From the NCBI GenBank assembly GCA_963662335.2, contig CAXXVD010000002.1:512001-576000 (forward strand): a stretch of 64,000 nucleotides of DNA. The letters are read 5' to 3'. The stretch is from Chloroflexota bacterium (lineage in GTDB: Bacteria; Chloroflexota; UBA11872; VXOZ01). This document shows positions 8,549 through 18,645 of this stretch, one piece after another (the first letter of the stretch is position 1; each line of letters starts with the position of its first letter). The translations under genes were made by a program, and so were the position numbers. The notes beneath the pieces are model-generated. The model had not been told where the DNA came from. It made no database searches and saw nothing but the letters and a program-made list of their open reading frames with translations.

Positions 8549-9631
8549 GTGATTCCGGCTGCGCGAAAAGCCGTCCAGGAGATGTCGCCCTATGTGCCTG
8601 GGGAGCAGCCCCAGGGCGCGGGCTGGACGAAACTCAACACGAACGAGAATCCCTACACCTCGCCCAAGGCGCTGGCGGCGCTGGAAGGCCAGGCCTCGCA
8701 GGCGCTTTCGCGCTATCCCGATCCGTTGGCGCGGGACTTGCGGCAGAAGTTAGCCGAAATCTACGAAATCGACGTCGACTGGATCTACGTTGATAACGGC
8801 TCGGACCAGATTCTCAACCTCACCTTTCGCGCCTACGTAGACCGGGGCCAGACCGTGGCCTACACCTTTCCCACGTACCCCTATTACGAAGTGTGGGCGC
8901 ACATGCAGGACGCGGAAATCCAGACGGTCGCGCCGGGGCCGGAATTTGCCGTGCCCATCGACGAACTGGCCGGTTTGCAGGCCACGCTTACGGCAATTTC
9001 CAACCCGAATTCGCCCACCGGCACGTTCACGCCGCCCGCGGACATCGAGCGTTTGGCGCAGCAGTGTGACGGTTTGGTGGTCGTGGACGAGGCGTACGTG
9101 GACTTCGCGGCGGCCTCCGTCTTGCCCCTGGTGCGGCAGTATGACAACATTATCGTGTCGCGGAGCATGTCCAAGTCGTTCGGTCTCGCCGGAGTCCGTG
9201 TTGGATTTGCCTTCGGACAGCCCGAACTCCTGGAGCCGCTGTGGAAGCTGCGCGACTCATACAGCGTCAGCCGCCCCAGCCAGGCAATTGCGGTGGCGAC
9301 GCTGGACGACTACGACTGGATGCGGACGGTCTGCGCGGAGATCGGCGCGCGCCGGGAGCGGGTGGCGCGGCGGCTGGCGCGGGAGTTTCCCTGCATTGTC
9401 TATCCCTCGGACGCGAACTTCCTCTTCGTCGAGCCGACGCAGCACGCGGCGGCGGACGTTTTCGAGGCCTTGAAAGCGCAAAAGGTGCTGGTGCGCTACT
9501 TCCGCCAACACGGTTTGGAGCGCTACCTGCGTATCACGATTGGGACCGAAGAAGAGATGGAAACATTCTTCAGCGCCCTCAATGCGGTGTTGGAGCAAAG
9601 TCTAGTGCCAATCACGGGAGGTACAGAGTAA
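8549..9631 (+). CDS. hisC: Histidinol-phosphate aminotransferase
   Basis: KLNTNENPY, RYPDP, NPNSPTG, VDEAYVDF, PLP lysine in RSMSKSFGLAGVRVG, and LRITIG. Confidence 0.9.
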   Translation: MIPAARKAVQEMSPYVPGEQPQGAGWTKLNTNENPYTSPKALAALEGQASQALSRYPDPLARDLRQKLAEIYEIDVDWIYVDNGSDQILNLTFRAYVDRGQTVAYTFPTYPYYEVWAHMQDAEIQTVAPGPEFAVPIDELAGLQATLTAISNPNSPTGTFTPPADIERLAQQCDGLVVVDEAYVDFAAASVLPLVRQYDNIIVSRSMSKSFGLAGVRVGFAFGQPELLEPLWKLRDSYSVSRPSQAIAVATLDDYDWMRTVCAEIGARRERVARRLAREFPCIVYPSDANFLFVEPTQHAAADVFEALKAQKVLVRYFRQHGLERYLRITIGTEEEMETFFSALNAVLEQSLVPITGGTE

Positions 9632-9632
9632 C

Positions 9633-11744
9633 GTGGAACTTGTCTGGTCAGTGCCGATCGCCTGTCTGATTTCGGTAATCTTCGCCATTTGGCTCGCGTA
9701 CGACGTGTTGCGCCGCGACCGCGGTTCGGCGCAGATGCAGGAGATTGCCGGCATGATCTACGAAGGCGCAACCGCCTTCCTCAACCGGCAATACCGCACT
9801 ATCGCCGTTTTGGCGATAGTGGCGGCAATCGTGATTGGCGCCATCATCGGCTACTTCGCGTCCGACACGGAACTCGGCATCAAGACTGCGGTAGCCTTCC
9901 TGGTTGGCGCGATTTGTTCCGGCATCTCCGGCTTCGTCGGCATGCACATCGCGGTGCAGTCCAACGGCCGCGCCGCCAACGCCGCCCGCTCCAGCCTGGA
10001 AGAGGCGCTGAAGGTCTCGCTGCGCGGCGGCGCGGTCTCCGGTTTTCTCGTCGTGGCGCTGAGCCTGATTGGCGTCGGCGCGATGCTGCTCATCTACGGC
10101 GGCAATAACCTCACCCCGGAGAATTCCCTCTCGATTGTGAGCAGCATCGTAGGGTTCGGCTTTGGCGCGAGCTTCGTGGCGCTGTTCGCGCAGCTTGGCG
10201 GCGGCATCTACACCAAAGCCGCCGACGTGGGCGCGGACCTGGTCGGCAAGGTGGAACAGGGCATCCCGGAAGACGACCCGCGCAACGCGGCTGTGGTGGC
10301 CGACCTGGTGGGCGACAACGTGGGCGACTGCGCCGGCCGCGGCGCCGACCTCTTCGAGTCCACGGCCGCCGAGAACATCGGCGCGATGATCCTCGGCGCG
10401 AGCCTGGCGGTGGCGACGAATAACCTGGCGTGGGTGCTCTTCCCGCTCATCGTGCGCGCGTTTGGGCTGGTGGCGTCTATCGTCGGTGTCATATTGGCAC
10501 GAGGGGCTAATCCCGAGAACCCCATGAATGCCCTCAACAAGGGCTACTACGTCATTACGGCGCTTTCGATCGTCTTCATGTTCGTCTCGGTCTACTACCT
10601 GCTGGAAGACCTGATGTTCTTCTGGGCGGGTACCGTCGGCATTCTGACCAGCCTCGCATTTGTGTACATCACGCAGTACTACACCTCCGGTAGCTGGCGG
10701 CCGGTAAAGGAAATCGCGGAGGCCTCCCGCACTGGCCCGGCCACGAACATCATCAGCGGCTTTGCGATCGGCCTGGAAACTACTGCCACGTCGGTGCTGG
10801 CGATTGCCGTGGCGCTGGGCCTCTCGTTCTGGCTCGGCACGCTGGCCGAGGTGGAGGGCGTGAGCGCGGCGGTGAAGGGCATCTACGCCACTGCGGTAGC
10901 GACCATGGGCATGCTCATGAGCGCGGCCTACGTGCTCTCGATGGATACCTTCGGGCCGATTACGGACAACGCCGGCGGCATCACCGAGATGTCCGACGCG
11001 CCGGAAGAGGCGCGGGTGATTACCGACCAACTGGACTCGGTCGGCAACACGACCAAGGCGCTCACCAAGGGCTACGCCATCGGCTCGGCCGGTCTGGCGG
11101 CGTTCCTGCTCTTCCAGGCCTTTCTGGATGAGGTGCGCCACAAGCTGGACCTGCCCCACGAGGCGATCCAGGTGGACCTGGTGAAGGTGGAGGTCTTCAT
11201 TGGCGGCTTCATTGGCGCGATGGTGGTCTTCCTCTTTAGCGCGCTGGCGATTCGCGCCGTGGGGCGCGCGGCCAGCGACATCATCGAGGAGGTGCGCCGC
11301 CAGTTCGCTGAGAACCCCGGCATCATGGAGGGCACGGAGCGGCCCGACTACGCCCGCTGCGTGGACATTACGACCCGCTCGGCCCTGCGCGAGATGATTG
11401 TGCCGGGCGTGCTGGCGGTTGCCGCGCCCATCGTCGTCGGCGTCGCTTTGCGCTGGGAGGCGGAGGCGGCCTTCCTGATGGTGGGTACCATGTCCGGCAT
11501 CATCCTGGCAACTATCCTCAACAACGGCGGCGGCGCGTGGGACAACGCCAAGAAGTTCATCGAGGCGGGCAACCTCAAGGACGCCGACGGCAACGTAATC
11601 GGCAAGAACACCGTGGCGCACCACGCGGCGGTGGTGGGCGATACCGTGGGCGATCCTTTGAAGGACACGGCGGGTCCGTCGTTGCACGTGCTCATCAAGC
11701 TCTTCTCCACGATTACGCTGGTGCTGGCGCCGCTGTTCATCTAG
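9633..11744 (+). CDS. hppA: Membrane-bound ion-translocating pyrophosphatase (predicted K+-independent H+-PPase)
   Basis: GGGIYTKAADVGADLVGKVE, EDDPRN, DNVGD and GDTVGDPLKD. GNTTKA has Lys at the K+-dependence site. Confidence 0.95.
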   Translation: MELVWSVPIACLISVIFAIWLAYDVLRRDRGSAQMQEIAGMIYEGATAFLNRQYRTIAVLAIVAAIVIGAIIGYFASDTELGIKTAVAFLVGAICSGISGFVGMHIAVQSNGRAANAARSSLEEALKVSLRGGAVSGFLVVALSLIGVGAMLLIYGGNNLTPENSLSIVSSIVGFGFGASFVALFAQLGGGIYTKAADVGADLVGKVEQGIPEDDPRNAAVVADLVGDNVGDCAGRGADLFESTAAENIGAMILGASLAVATNNLAWVLFPLIVRAFGLVASIVGVILARGANPENPMNALNKGYYVITALSIVFMFVSVYYLLEDLMFFWAGTVGILTSLAFVYITQYYTSGSWRPVKEIAEASRTGPATNIISGFAIGLETTATSVLAIAVALGLSFWLGTLAEVEGVSAAVKGIYATAVATMGMLMSAAYVLSMDTFGPITDNAGGITEMSDAPEEARVITDQLDSVGNTTKALTKGYAIGSAGLAAFLLFQAFLDEVRHKLDLPHEAIQVDLVKVEVFIGGFIGAMVVFLFSALAIRAVGRAASDIIEEVRRQFAENPGIMEGTERPDYARCVDITTRSALREMIVPGVLAVAAPIVVGVALRWEAEAAFLMVGTMSGIILATILNNGGGAWDNAKKFIEAGNLKDADGNVIGKNTVAHHAAVVGDTVGDPLKDTAGPSLHVLIKLFSTITLVLAPLFI

Positions 11745-11790
11745 GGACGCCGGTTCTCGTGGGGTGACCTTGACAATAATATGGCAATTG

Positions 11791-11820
11791 CGTAGGGGCG
11801 GTTCGCGAACCGCCCCTACG
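11791..11820. repeat. REP-D perfect palindrome CGTAGGGGCGGTTCGCGAACCGCCCCTACG (intact, empty target site)
   Basis: Same sequence as the palindrome split by MITE-1 at 7964-8197. Confidence 0.85.
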
Positions 11821-11926
11821 TTGCGTTTGTCCACCCTTGCCCGGCCCAGATCGGCGGGCGAGACAAACACCTTTCCCCTGGCAAGGGATCGGTGAGCAAA
11901 AAAGTCAGCATCTCCCAGGGGAGAGG

Positions 11927-12073
11927 CTGACAGGGGTAGGTAAATGTCATTCCGAGCGCAGCGAGGAATCTAAAGATGCTGGTCTTGCATCGCTGTGCTT
12001 TAGATTCCTCACTCCGCTGCGCTCCGTTCGGAATGACAGGTGAGGTCGATTGTTGAATGCTTACCCCTATCAG
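11927..12073. mobile_element. MITE family 2, copy 1 (147 bp)
   Basis: TIRs CTGACAGGGGTAGG / CTTACCCCTATCAG. Flanks CAGGGGAGAGG and CAGGTGAGAGG (11 bp, 1 mismatch). Internal REP-B pair. Confidence 0.82.
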
Positions 12074-12124
12074 CAGGTGAGAGGGCCGGAGTGAGGGGAA
12101 AGTCCTACAAGACGGGGTACTCTA

Positions 12125-13678
12125 ATGCCTGAATTGCACTTCTACGGCGGCGCCAACGAAATTGGCGGCAACAAGATCCTGCTGGAGGACGGCGCTACCC
12201 GCCTCTTCTTCGACTTCGGCATCTCCTTCAAGGTGCGGAGCCTCTACTTCGAGGAGTTTCTCAATCCCCGATCGGGCTACGGCCTGAACGACTACTTTCA
12301 CACCGGTATGTTGCCGTTGCTGCAAGGTATCTACCGGACTGCATTGGAGCCGGACGACGCTTTCTGGTCGCGCTGGCAAACGGATTCCCGCTATCGCCCG
12401 CTCGACCACGTGGACGGCGTGCTGTTGAGCCACGCCCACGTGGACCACACCGGTTCGGTATCGTTTCTGCGGCCCGACATTCCGCTTTACACTACGGCGC
12501 TGACGGCGCTCATTTCCAAGGCGATTCAAGATAGCGCTCCCTCCGACATCGAGCGCGAACTTGTGTACGCCGTACCGCGCGAGAGCAAAGACGGCGTGCT
12601 GCGCACCGTCTCGAAAGCCCCATTGCAGCAGCGTCCGCTGCGTGTGCTCAACGGGCCGCTTTCGCTTGAGGCGGAGCGCTTCTGGCACGAATCGCCGCAG
12701 GCAACACGGAGCATGGAGGTAACGCCTGTTGAGGCGGCCGGTGAGACCGTTGGCGCGGGCAACAAGCTGCGCTGGTACCCGGTAGACCACTCAATCTACG
12801 GCGCGGCGGCCTTTGCGGTGGAAACGTCGTCAGGCTGGGTGGCCTATACCGGCGATCTGCGCCTGCATGGCCTGCGCGGCGAACAGACGCGGCAGGCGGT
12901 GGCGGCGCTGGCGGCGCTGAAACCGGCCGTCCTGCTCTGCGAGGGCACGCGCGGCGCAAACGGCGGTGACGCCACCGAGCAGGACGTCCAGGCCACGGCG
13001 GCGGAAATCGTCAAGGGGGCCGCAGGCAAACTGGTCTTTGCCGACTTTGGGCCGCGCAACGTGGAGCGGCTGCTCATATTCCGTGAAATCGCGCGGGATA
13101 CCGGACGCCGCCTGGCCGTGCTCAACAAGGACGCCTACCTGCTCGAGGCCATGCACGTAGCCGCGCCGGCCGAGGTGCCCGACTTTGGCACGGAAACGGG
13201 CTTTGCGCTCTACCAGAAGGGCCGCGCGCGCCTGAGCGGCTGGGAAAAGAACCTCGTAGAGCGCCATAGCGCCCTATTGGTAGACGCGGACGCCGTGCGC
13301 CGCAACCCCGGCGGCTACATCCTCTGCTTCTCGTTCTGGGACATCAACGAACTTGCCAGCCTTGCGCCCGTGCCGGCGGTCTACGTCTACTCCAGCAGCG
13401 AGGCGTTCAATGAGGAGATGGAGATGGACCGAAAGCGCCTGCGCAATTGGCTGGAACACTTTTGCGTGGAGATGCACGGTCTGGACGAAGGGCAGGACGG
13501 CCCGCTGCACGCCTCCGGCCACGCCAGCGGTGAAGAGCTCATCGACATAATTCGCCAAGTGCGACCGCGCACGCTCATTCCCATTCACACTGAGAAGGCG
13601 CGTTACTTCGAGGACGCGCTGGCAGGCGACGACATTGACGTTGTGCTGCCCTCGCACTGCCGCTCTTTGCAGTTTTGA
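12125..13678 (+). CDS. MBL-fold beta-CASP hydrolase (RNase J-like)
   Basis: GGANEIGGN, SHAHVDH, VDHS, YTGDLR, HASGHA and IPIHTE motifs. Confidence 0.8.
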   Translation: MPELHFYGGANEIGGNKILLEDGATRLFFDFGISFKVRSLYFEEFLNPRSGYGLNDYFHTGMLPLLQGIYRTALEPDDAFWSRWQTDSRYRPLDHVDGVLLSHAHVDHTGSVSFLRPDIPLYTTALTALISKAIQDSAPSDIERELVYAVPRESKDGVLRTVSKAPLQQRPLRVLNGPLSLEAERFWHESPQATRSMEVTPVEAAGETVGAGNKLRWYPVDHSIYGAAAFAVETSSGWVAYTGDLRLHGLRGEQTRQAVAALAALKPAVLLCEGTRGANGGDATEQDVQATAAEIVKGAAGKLVFADFGPRNVERLLIFREIARDTGRRLAVLNKDAYLLEAMHVAAPAEVPDFGTETGFALYQKGRARLSGWEKNLVERHSALLVDADAVRRNPGGYILCFSFWDINELASLAPVPAVYVYSSSEAFNEEMEMDRKRLRNWLEHFCVEMHGLDEGQDGPLHASGHASGEELIDIIRQVRPRTLIPIHTEKARYFEDALAGDDIDVVLPSHCRSLQF

Positions 13679-13723
13679 AAAGCGCCCAGCTAACTTTGGG
13701 CCGCGAAACGCAGCTTGGTCGGG

Positions 13724-13746
13724 CGCAGGTTGCAAACCTGCGCTAC
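13724..13746. repeat. REP-E (GTAGCGCAGGTTTGCAACCTGCG)
   Basis: Copies on either strand at 5404, 8036, 13724, 16456, 47311 and 49344. Confidence 0.9.
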
Positions 13747-13802
13747 CGGACGGCATGGGGCTCTCGAACGAATGAACGGTGAGTGGCAAACCGCAAACGG
13801 GT

Positions 13803-14894
13803 TCACACTTCTACCGGGCCTGTGAACACGTCTGCGGGAATGAAGCTGGCTCGTGCGCTTGAATGCACGTGGTCGACGCCTTCGGTGGTGACCTGGGCGA
13901 GGGCGGTGAAGTGGGTGTTTTCGCCGCTGACGCCGCTGCGGTTGCCGCCGCCGTGGCCGCGCAGCCAGTGGGGGTCGATGAGTTGCTTGCCCTGCCAGAG
14001 GCCCCGGGTGGCGAGCAGGTGGCCGAAGCGGGCGATGTCGGCGGCGCACATCACCGCCCAGCCGGGGCCGCTGCGCACCGGGTGTCCGGCGACGCGGTAC
14101 GGCGGGTCGAGGTAGGTGTAGGAATCCGGGATCGTGGGGTAGAAGTACTGCTGGGATTGCACGGTCTCGCCGGTGTACCAGTCCCAGTTGTCCGGCGCGA
14201 TGCCGATTGTGCCGAAGAGCCGTTCGTCCAGCACCTCTTTGAGGTCGCGTTGCCAGACGTGCGTCAGCGCCTGTCCCATGCGCCAGAAGCCGGCGCTGCT
14301 GTAGTGCTCCTGGGTGCCGGGCGGCACGTGGGCGTAGAGATCGTAGAAGGGGTCGCCGGTCCAGTTCGCCCAGGCGGGACAGGTCTTGTCGGCGTCTTCT
14401 TGGGTCTTGCCCGCGCGTCCGGCGGCATAGTGGCTGCCGATTTCCATGGGAAAGCCGCCCTGATGGGTGCGGCCAAACTGCGTGCCGATGATGTGCCGCC
14501 AGGTGAGATTCTTATGATTGCCCTCGTTTAGATGCTTGTGAGGATGCGAGAGTTCGCCCGCGCCCGTCCACGATTCATGGATGGGCGCGTCCACGTCCAG
14601 TAGGCCGTCCGCCGCCGCGAAACCGAGCAAGACCCACATGAAGGCCTTGCCCATGGAGGCGGTCTGGAAGCGGTAGCGCGGGTCGCCCCAGGTGTGCACG
14701 CAGTAACCGCCGCGGGTGAGCATCACGCCCCACTTATTGCCGGTGTGGTCTTCGCCGCCGAATTTCGCGCCGTGGAAGCCGAGCGTGCGCAGCCAGGCCT
14801 CGAACCGGCGGGGGTCTAGGCCCGCCTTTTGCGGGGTGATGGTAACCCAGTCTTCTTCGGGATAGGTTACCCAAGAAGGGATATTCCTACTCAT
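13803..14894 (-). CDS. Serine hydrolase (beta-lactamase/AmpC-like fold)
   Basis: SxxK in TASMGK, HYSS, and DIARFGHLLATRGLWQGKQLI. Confidence 0.75.
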   Translation of the reverse strand: MSRNIPSWVTYPEEDWVTITPQKAGLDPRRFEAWLRTLGFHGAKFGGEDHTGNKWGVMLTRGGYCVHTWGDPRYRFQTASMGKAFMWVLLGFAAADGLLDVDAPIHESWTGAGELSHPHKHLNEGNHKNLTWRHIIGTQFGRTHQGGFPMEIGSHYAAGRAGKTQEDADKTCPAWANWTGDPFYDLYAHVPPGTQEHYSSAGFWRMGQALTHVWQRDLKEVLDERLFGTIGIAPDNWDWYTGETVQSQQYFYPTIPDSYTYLDPPYRVAGHPVRSGPGWAVMCAADIARFGHLLATRGLWQGKQLIDPHWLRGHGGGNRSGVSGENTHFTALAQVTTEGVDHVHSSARASFIPADVFTGPVEV

Positions 14895-14960
14895 GCGTGT
14901 TGTCTCTCCCGATCAAGTCTGTGGCGCCTTTTGCAAAGCCGGAGGCGGGGGACAAGCCCC

Positions 14961-15020
14961 CGCGCTACGGTGATGCGGTACCGCGCGGGGCGCGCTACGG
15001 TGATGCGGCCGCGCGCGGGG
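14961..15020. repeat. 30-bp tandem duplication starting within a REP-A end
   Basis: CGCGCTACGGTGATGCGG...GCGCGGGG occurs at 14961 and 14991. Confidence 0.75.
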
Positions 15021-15176
15021 TAAGGCCCCACTGCGATTTACGTTCCTTGCTGTGCCATTAGAATTTTCGGTGCGCACTAGATTCCTCGCTGCGCTCGGAA
15101 TGACATGTGAGTGCGACCACGTGAGTGATAGATTGAATTGACAACGCAGGGCGCGACACATTTGGCTTCGGCTGAG

Positions 15177-16343
15177 CTACCTGGGCATCTCGCCTTTGCG
15201 CCGGTTGGGGCCGGGCCGGAAGTCCGGCACGTGCATGAGTTTGCTGCCTTGCGCAATGGATTCGGACGCCAGGACGGCCGGTGCGGCGGTGTCCATGGCC
15301 TTGTAGAGGTCGAACTCCAGCGGCGTGCCGTGCAGCACCGCGTCGCGGAAGGTGGCGTGGATGTAGTAGTCGGTATCGCTGTGGCCGCTGCCGCGCGCTT
15401 CCGCCGGCGCGTCGGTGCGCTGCGGGCGCCAGTCCACCTCGGCGTGGTCGTGCATCTGGGCGTCGGCCAGCCAGAGCTTGGGCTTATCCCGCAGCGAACG
15501 CGCCAGTTCCACCGAACCCTTGGTGCCCATGATGTGGCACCAGTGGTTGTCGCGGGGCGGCGTGGGCTGGGTGTAGGCCACGGCCAGGCGCATGAGCGTA
15601 TCTTTGGCCGTCTTCATGATGGCCAGTTGGATGTCCGGCTGCCGGATTTCCTCGTGGATGTAACTGGGCGAGCGGGTGCTCATGGCGGTGACCTCGGTCA
15701 CGCGGTCGTCGAGCACCATCAGGATCGGGCTGAGTTCGTGGGGCAGGTAGTGAATCGGCGGCATGAGGTTGATCCACGACGGTTCCGCGTCGGGGGTATT
15801 GGGCAAGTCGGCTATGGGCACGTGTTCCGCCGTGCCGCGCCTGCGGTGGTAGCGATACGACTCCTTATAGCCAATGTACTGGCCCTCGCAGAACGTAATC
15901 TTGCCCAGCTTGCCCTCCCGCACCAGGTCGCGCCAGGCGGCAAACTCGCCGGAGTGCCGCCGCTGCTCGCCAAGCTGGTAGACCTTGCCGCTGTGCTCCG
16001 CCGCCAGCACGATGCGCCAGCAGTCCTCCAGGGTGTGCGCGGCCGGAACCTCGGAATTGACGTGCTTGCCGGCCTCCAGCGCCTGCGCCGCCAGCGCGCC
16101 CTGCTCCTGGCAGCGCACCGTGAGCGCCACCGCGTCCACGTTGTCATCGGCCAGGAAGTCTGCGTAATTGTCGTAGGCGGCAATCGACTGCGGGTCTTGC
16201 AGCGGTTCGAGCGACCGTTCGTGCAATTCGGTGAGCGGGTCGCAGATGGCGGTGACGCGATAGCCGTTGAAATCGTCCAGCATCTTCAACCAGTGGCGGC
16301 CGCGCGGGCCAAGTCCGGTCAGGCCGATGCGAATCTCTTCCAC
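15177..16343 (-). CDS. Gfo/Idh/MocA family oxidoreductase
   Basis: IGLTGLGPRG Rossmann motif and AGKHVNSEVPAA. Confidence 0.85.
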   Translation of the reverse strand: MEEIRIGLTGLGPRGRHWLKMLDDFNGYRVTAICDPLTELHERSLEPLQDPQSIAAYDNYADFLADDNVDAVALTVRCQEQGALAAQALEAGKHVNSEVPAAHTLEDCWRIVLAAEHSGKVYQLGEQRRHSGEFAAWRDLVREGKLGKITFCEGQYIGYKESYRYHRRRGTAEHVPIADLPNTPDAEPSWINLMPPIHYLPHELSPILMVLDDRVTEVTAMSTRSPSYIHEEIRQPDIQLAIMKTAKDTLMRLAVAYTQPTPPRDNHWCHIMGTKGSVELARSLRDKPKLWLADAQMHDHAEVDWRPQRTDAPAEARGSGHSDTDYYIHATFRDAVLHGTPLEFDLYKAMDTAAPAVLASESIAQGSKLMHVPDFRPGPNRRKGEMPR

Positions 16344-16553
16344 GTTTTTCTTCTCCAGTTTACGAATAGTAGATGCACGGTTGCGGTTCTGTTCCGCATA
16401 CGAGTCTACAGGCTTGGCGAGATTCTTGCATGACCCGCAGCGGCGGGCGGAAGGACGCAGGTTGCAAACCTGCGCTACCGGGCAAGAAGGCGAGATGGAG
16501 AGAAGACAATCGGGCGAGTTTTCCCCTTACGCCGGCCCTCTCCCCAGGGAGAA

Positions 16554-16699
16554 CTGAAAAGGTATATAAATGTCATTCCGAGCGCAGCGAGGAATCTAAA
16601 GATGCTGACTTTGTAGGGCTGTGCTCTAGATTCCTCACTCCGCTGCGCTCCGTTCGGAATGACAGGTGAGGTCGACTATAGAATGCCTACCCCTGTCAG
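16554..16699. mobile_element. MITE family 2, copy 2 (146 bp, degenerate left TIR)
   Basis: Colinear with 11927-12073. Right end CCTACCCCTGTCAG. CCTCTCCCCAGGGAG repeated at 16537-16551 and 16700-16714. Confidence 0.75.
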
Positions 16700-16788
16700 C
16701 CTCTCCCCAGGGAGGGGGAGTGAGTGCCCGCGGCGGTTTGGGACGCTCAACCGGCGGCAGTGGCTAGGAGCGCGGCGGCGGCCGGGGC

Positions 16789-17304
16789 TTAGTAGCGGCC
16801 GCGGGCGTACTCTTTCGCCACCCGGTCCACCTCGCGTTGGGCGTCTTTGGCGGCCAGGGTCTGGCGCTTGTCGTAGAGTTTCTTGCCGCGGGCCACCGCG
16901 ACTTCCACCTTCACCCGGCCGTTGCGCAGGTAGAGGCGCAGCGGGATGACGGTCTGTCCCTTCATCTGGGCGTGCTGGCGCAGCGTGGCGATTTGGTCCC
17001 GGTGGAGCAGCAGTTTGCGCGGTCGCGTGGCCTCGTGATTGACGTAGCCGCCGCGTTGATAGGGCGAGATGTGCGCGTTCCAGAGCCAGGCCTCGCCGTC
17101 GATGACGCGCACGAAGCCTTCAGTCAGATTGACGCGGCCGGCGCGCACGGACTTAACCTCAGTGCCCAGCAGCGCCAGTCCCGCCTCGAAGGTGGCGTCT
17201 ATGTGATAGTCGTGGCGGGCGCGGCGGTTCGTGGCCACCACCAGGTTGTTGGGGTCGTGGACTTTGGCGGCCCGGCGCGCTTTCTTGGTCTTGGCGGAAG
17301 GCAT
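16789..17304 (-). CDS. smpB: SsrA-binding protein SmpB
   Basis: NRRARHDYHI, EAGLALLGTEVKS, RKLLLH and ARGKKLYDKR. Confidence 0.97.
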   Translation of the reverse strand: MPSAKTKKARRAAKVHDPNNLVVATNRRARHDYHIDATFEAGLALLGTEVKSVRAGRVNLTEGFVRVIDGEAWLWNAHISPYQRGGYVNHEATRPRKLLLHRDQIATLRQHAQMKGQTVIPLRLYLRNGRVKVEVAVARGKKLYDKRQTLAAKDAQREVDRVAKEYARGRY

Positions 17305-17394
17305 AGGTAGAGCCTGTCATCGGAGCGGCGCGCCGGAAGCCCAATGCCGGAACGTACCGTGGGGCCGGGGGCGCGCAAAGTTGCGGAACGCGCG

Positions 17395-17913
17395 TCACGA
17401 GGCGGCGTGTTGTTCCCGCGCCCACTGCTTCAGGTAGTCCCGCGCCTCCTGCGTGCGCGGATAGCGGTTCACGATCTCCCAGAAACGCCGGTTGTGCGAC
17501 GGTTCCAGCAGATGCGCCATCTCGTGCATCAGCACGTAGTCGCGCACCCACGCCGGAAACTCGGCCAGTACGTGCGAAAGGCGGATGGTCTTGCGGTGCA
17601 CGCTGCAACTGCCGAAGCGGCTGTTCTGGTTGGTGACGTAGGTTGCGGAGGCGATTTCCAGCTTGCCCCCGAAGTATTTGGCGTTGAGTGCGGCGGCGCG
17701 CTTGCGCAGCGGCTCGCCGTCATTGAGCAGCCGCTTGGTTTCGTGCCGTTCCACCTGCGCGCGCACTTTGGCCACGTAGTGCGCCTCTTCATCCTTGCTC
17801 AGGTGCGCCGGCACCAATACGCGCAGTTTACCGTCTCGAAACTGGGCGCTGACGGTCTTGACGCGCTGGCGGCTGCGGACTATTTCGATGTCGCGCGGGT
17901 CAATGGTGTACAT
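17395..17913 (-). CDS. M48/YgjP-like (DUF45) zinc metalloprotease-family protein
   Basis: RFGSCS and DYVLMHEMAHLLEPSHNRRFW (HExxH). The start is uncertain. Confidence 0.8.
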   Translation of the reverse strand: MYTIDPRDIEIVRSRQRVKTVSAQFRDGKLRVLVPAHLSKDEEAHYVAKVRAQVERHETKRLLNDGEPLRKRAAALNAKYFGGKLEIASATYVTNQNSRFGSCSVHRKTIRLSHVLAEFPAWVRDYVLMHEMAHLLEPSHNRRFWEIVNRYPRTQEARDYLKQWAREQHAAS

Positions 17914-18025
17914 GCAGGGCGTGTGGAAGCGCGAGTTTGCTTGGCGGGCCAAGGGAATACGTTAAGGTGTGACGATGTTGCCCGGGGCGCATTACTGCCC
18001 GGCGCATGTGTCCGCGCGCGGCAGC

Positions 18026-18307
18026 CTACGGCACGTCGACGCCCGTCTTGGCCTTGATCATGTCCGAGAAGGTCATCTTGGCCGGCACCATCTCGCCGAG
18101 AATGCGCTCCAGCGCCATGCCGTGGCTGCACAGTCCGTAGATCGTGAAGAAATCGCAGTCGCAGCGCCATTCGCCGTCCTGGAAAGAAACCACGTGCTCG
18201 TTATTATCGCCGCGCACGCGCACGGTGAAGGCGGTAAAACTGAAGCGGTCCCGCTCTTCCGTGTAGCGGTTCGCTTTCTCCACTTTTCCTATCAGACTGG
18301 AGTACAT
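18026..18307 (-). CDS. Small SWIM zinc-finger protein
   Basis: WRCDCDFFTIYGLCSH matches CxC-xn-CxH. Confidence 0.75.
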   Translation of the reverse strand: MYSSLIGKVEKANRYTEERDRFSFTAFTVRVRGDNNEHVVSFQDGEWRCDCDFFTIYGLCSHGMALERILGEMVPAKMTFSDMIKAKTGVDVP

Positions 18308-18645
18308 GCAAGCCCCCTTTTTGCAAAGCCGAGACGATCAGCAGCGTGGGTCTCCCACAAACGCGCCGCTAAACGGCGGCATACATGCTGCGCGCGGGTT
18401 GCGGCAAGGACGTTAGCAACGAGGTAGAGAAGAGACGCGCGGCGGACGCACAGAACGATGCCCGTATCTACCAGTATAGTCAGATTCGCGCTGTGGGTCA
18501 ACGATATTGTGGATAGTCCGCCAGCGGGTTAAAATACACCAAAGGGAATTGCGGGCATTGCTCCGCGCGGCGGAGAGCGCGGGCGCCGCCGCGCGAGGCG
18601 CAACGAGACCCCTTGTCAAGCGCTTAGGACACGGTTGTTCCGCTC

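Noticed and set aside
9648-11870. 740-aa antisense ORF
   Set aside because: Shadow frame of hppA caused by GC-rich codon bias, with no recognisable motifs.
16373-16669. Small ORFs containing CHSERSEES / VIPSAARNL / GDKPPRY peptides
   Set aside because: These are translations of REP-B and REP-A repeats and recur at every repeat copy. They are not genes.
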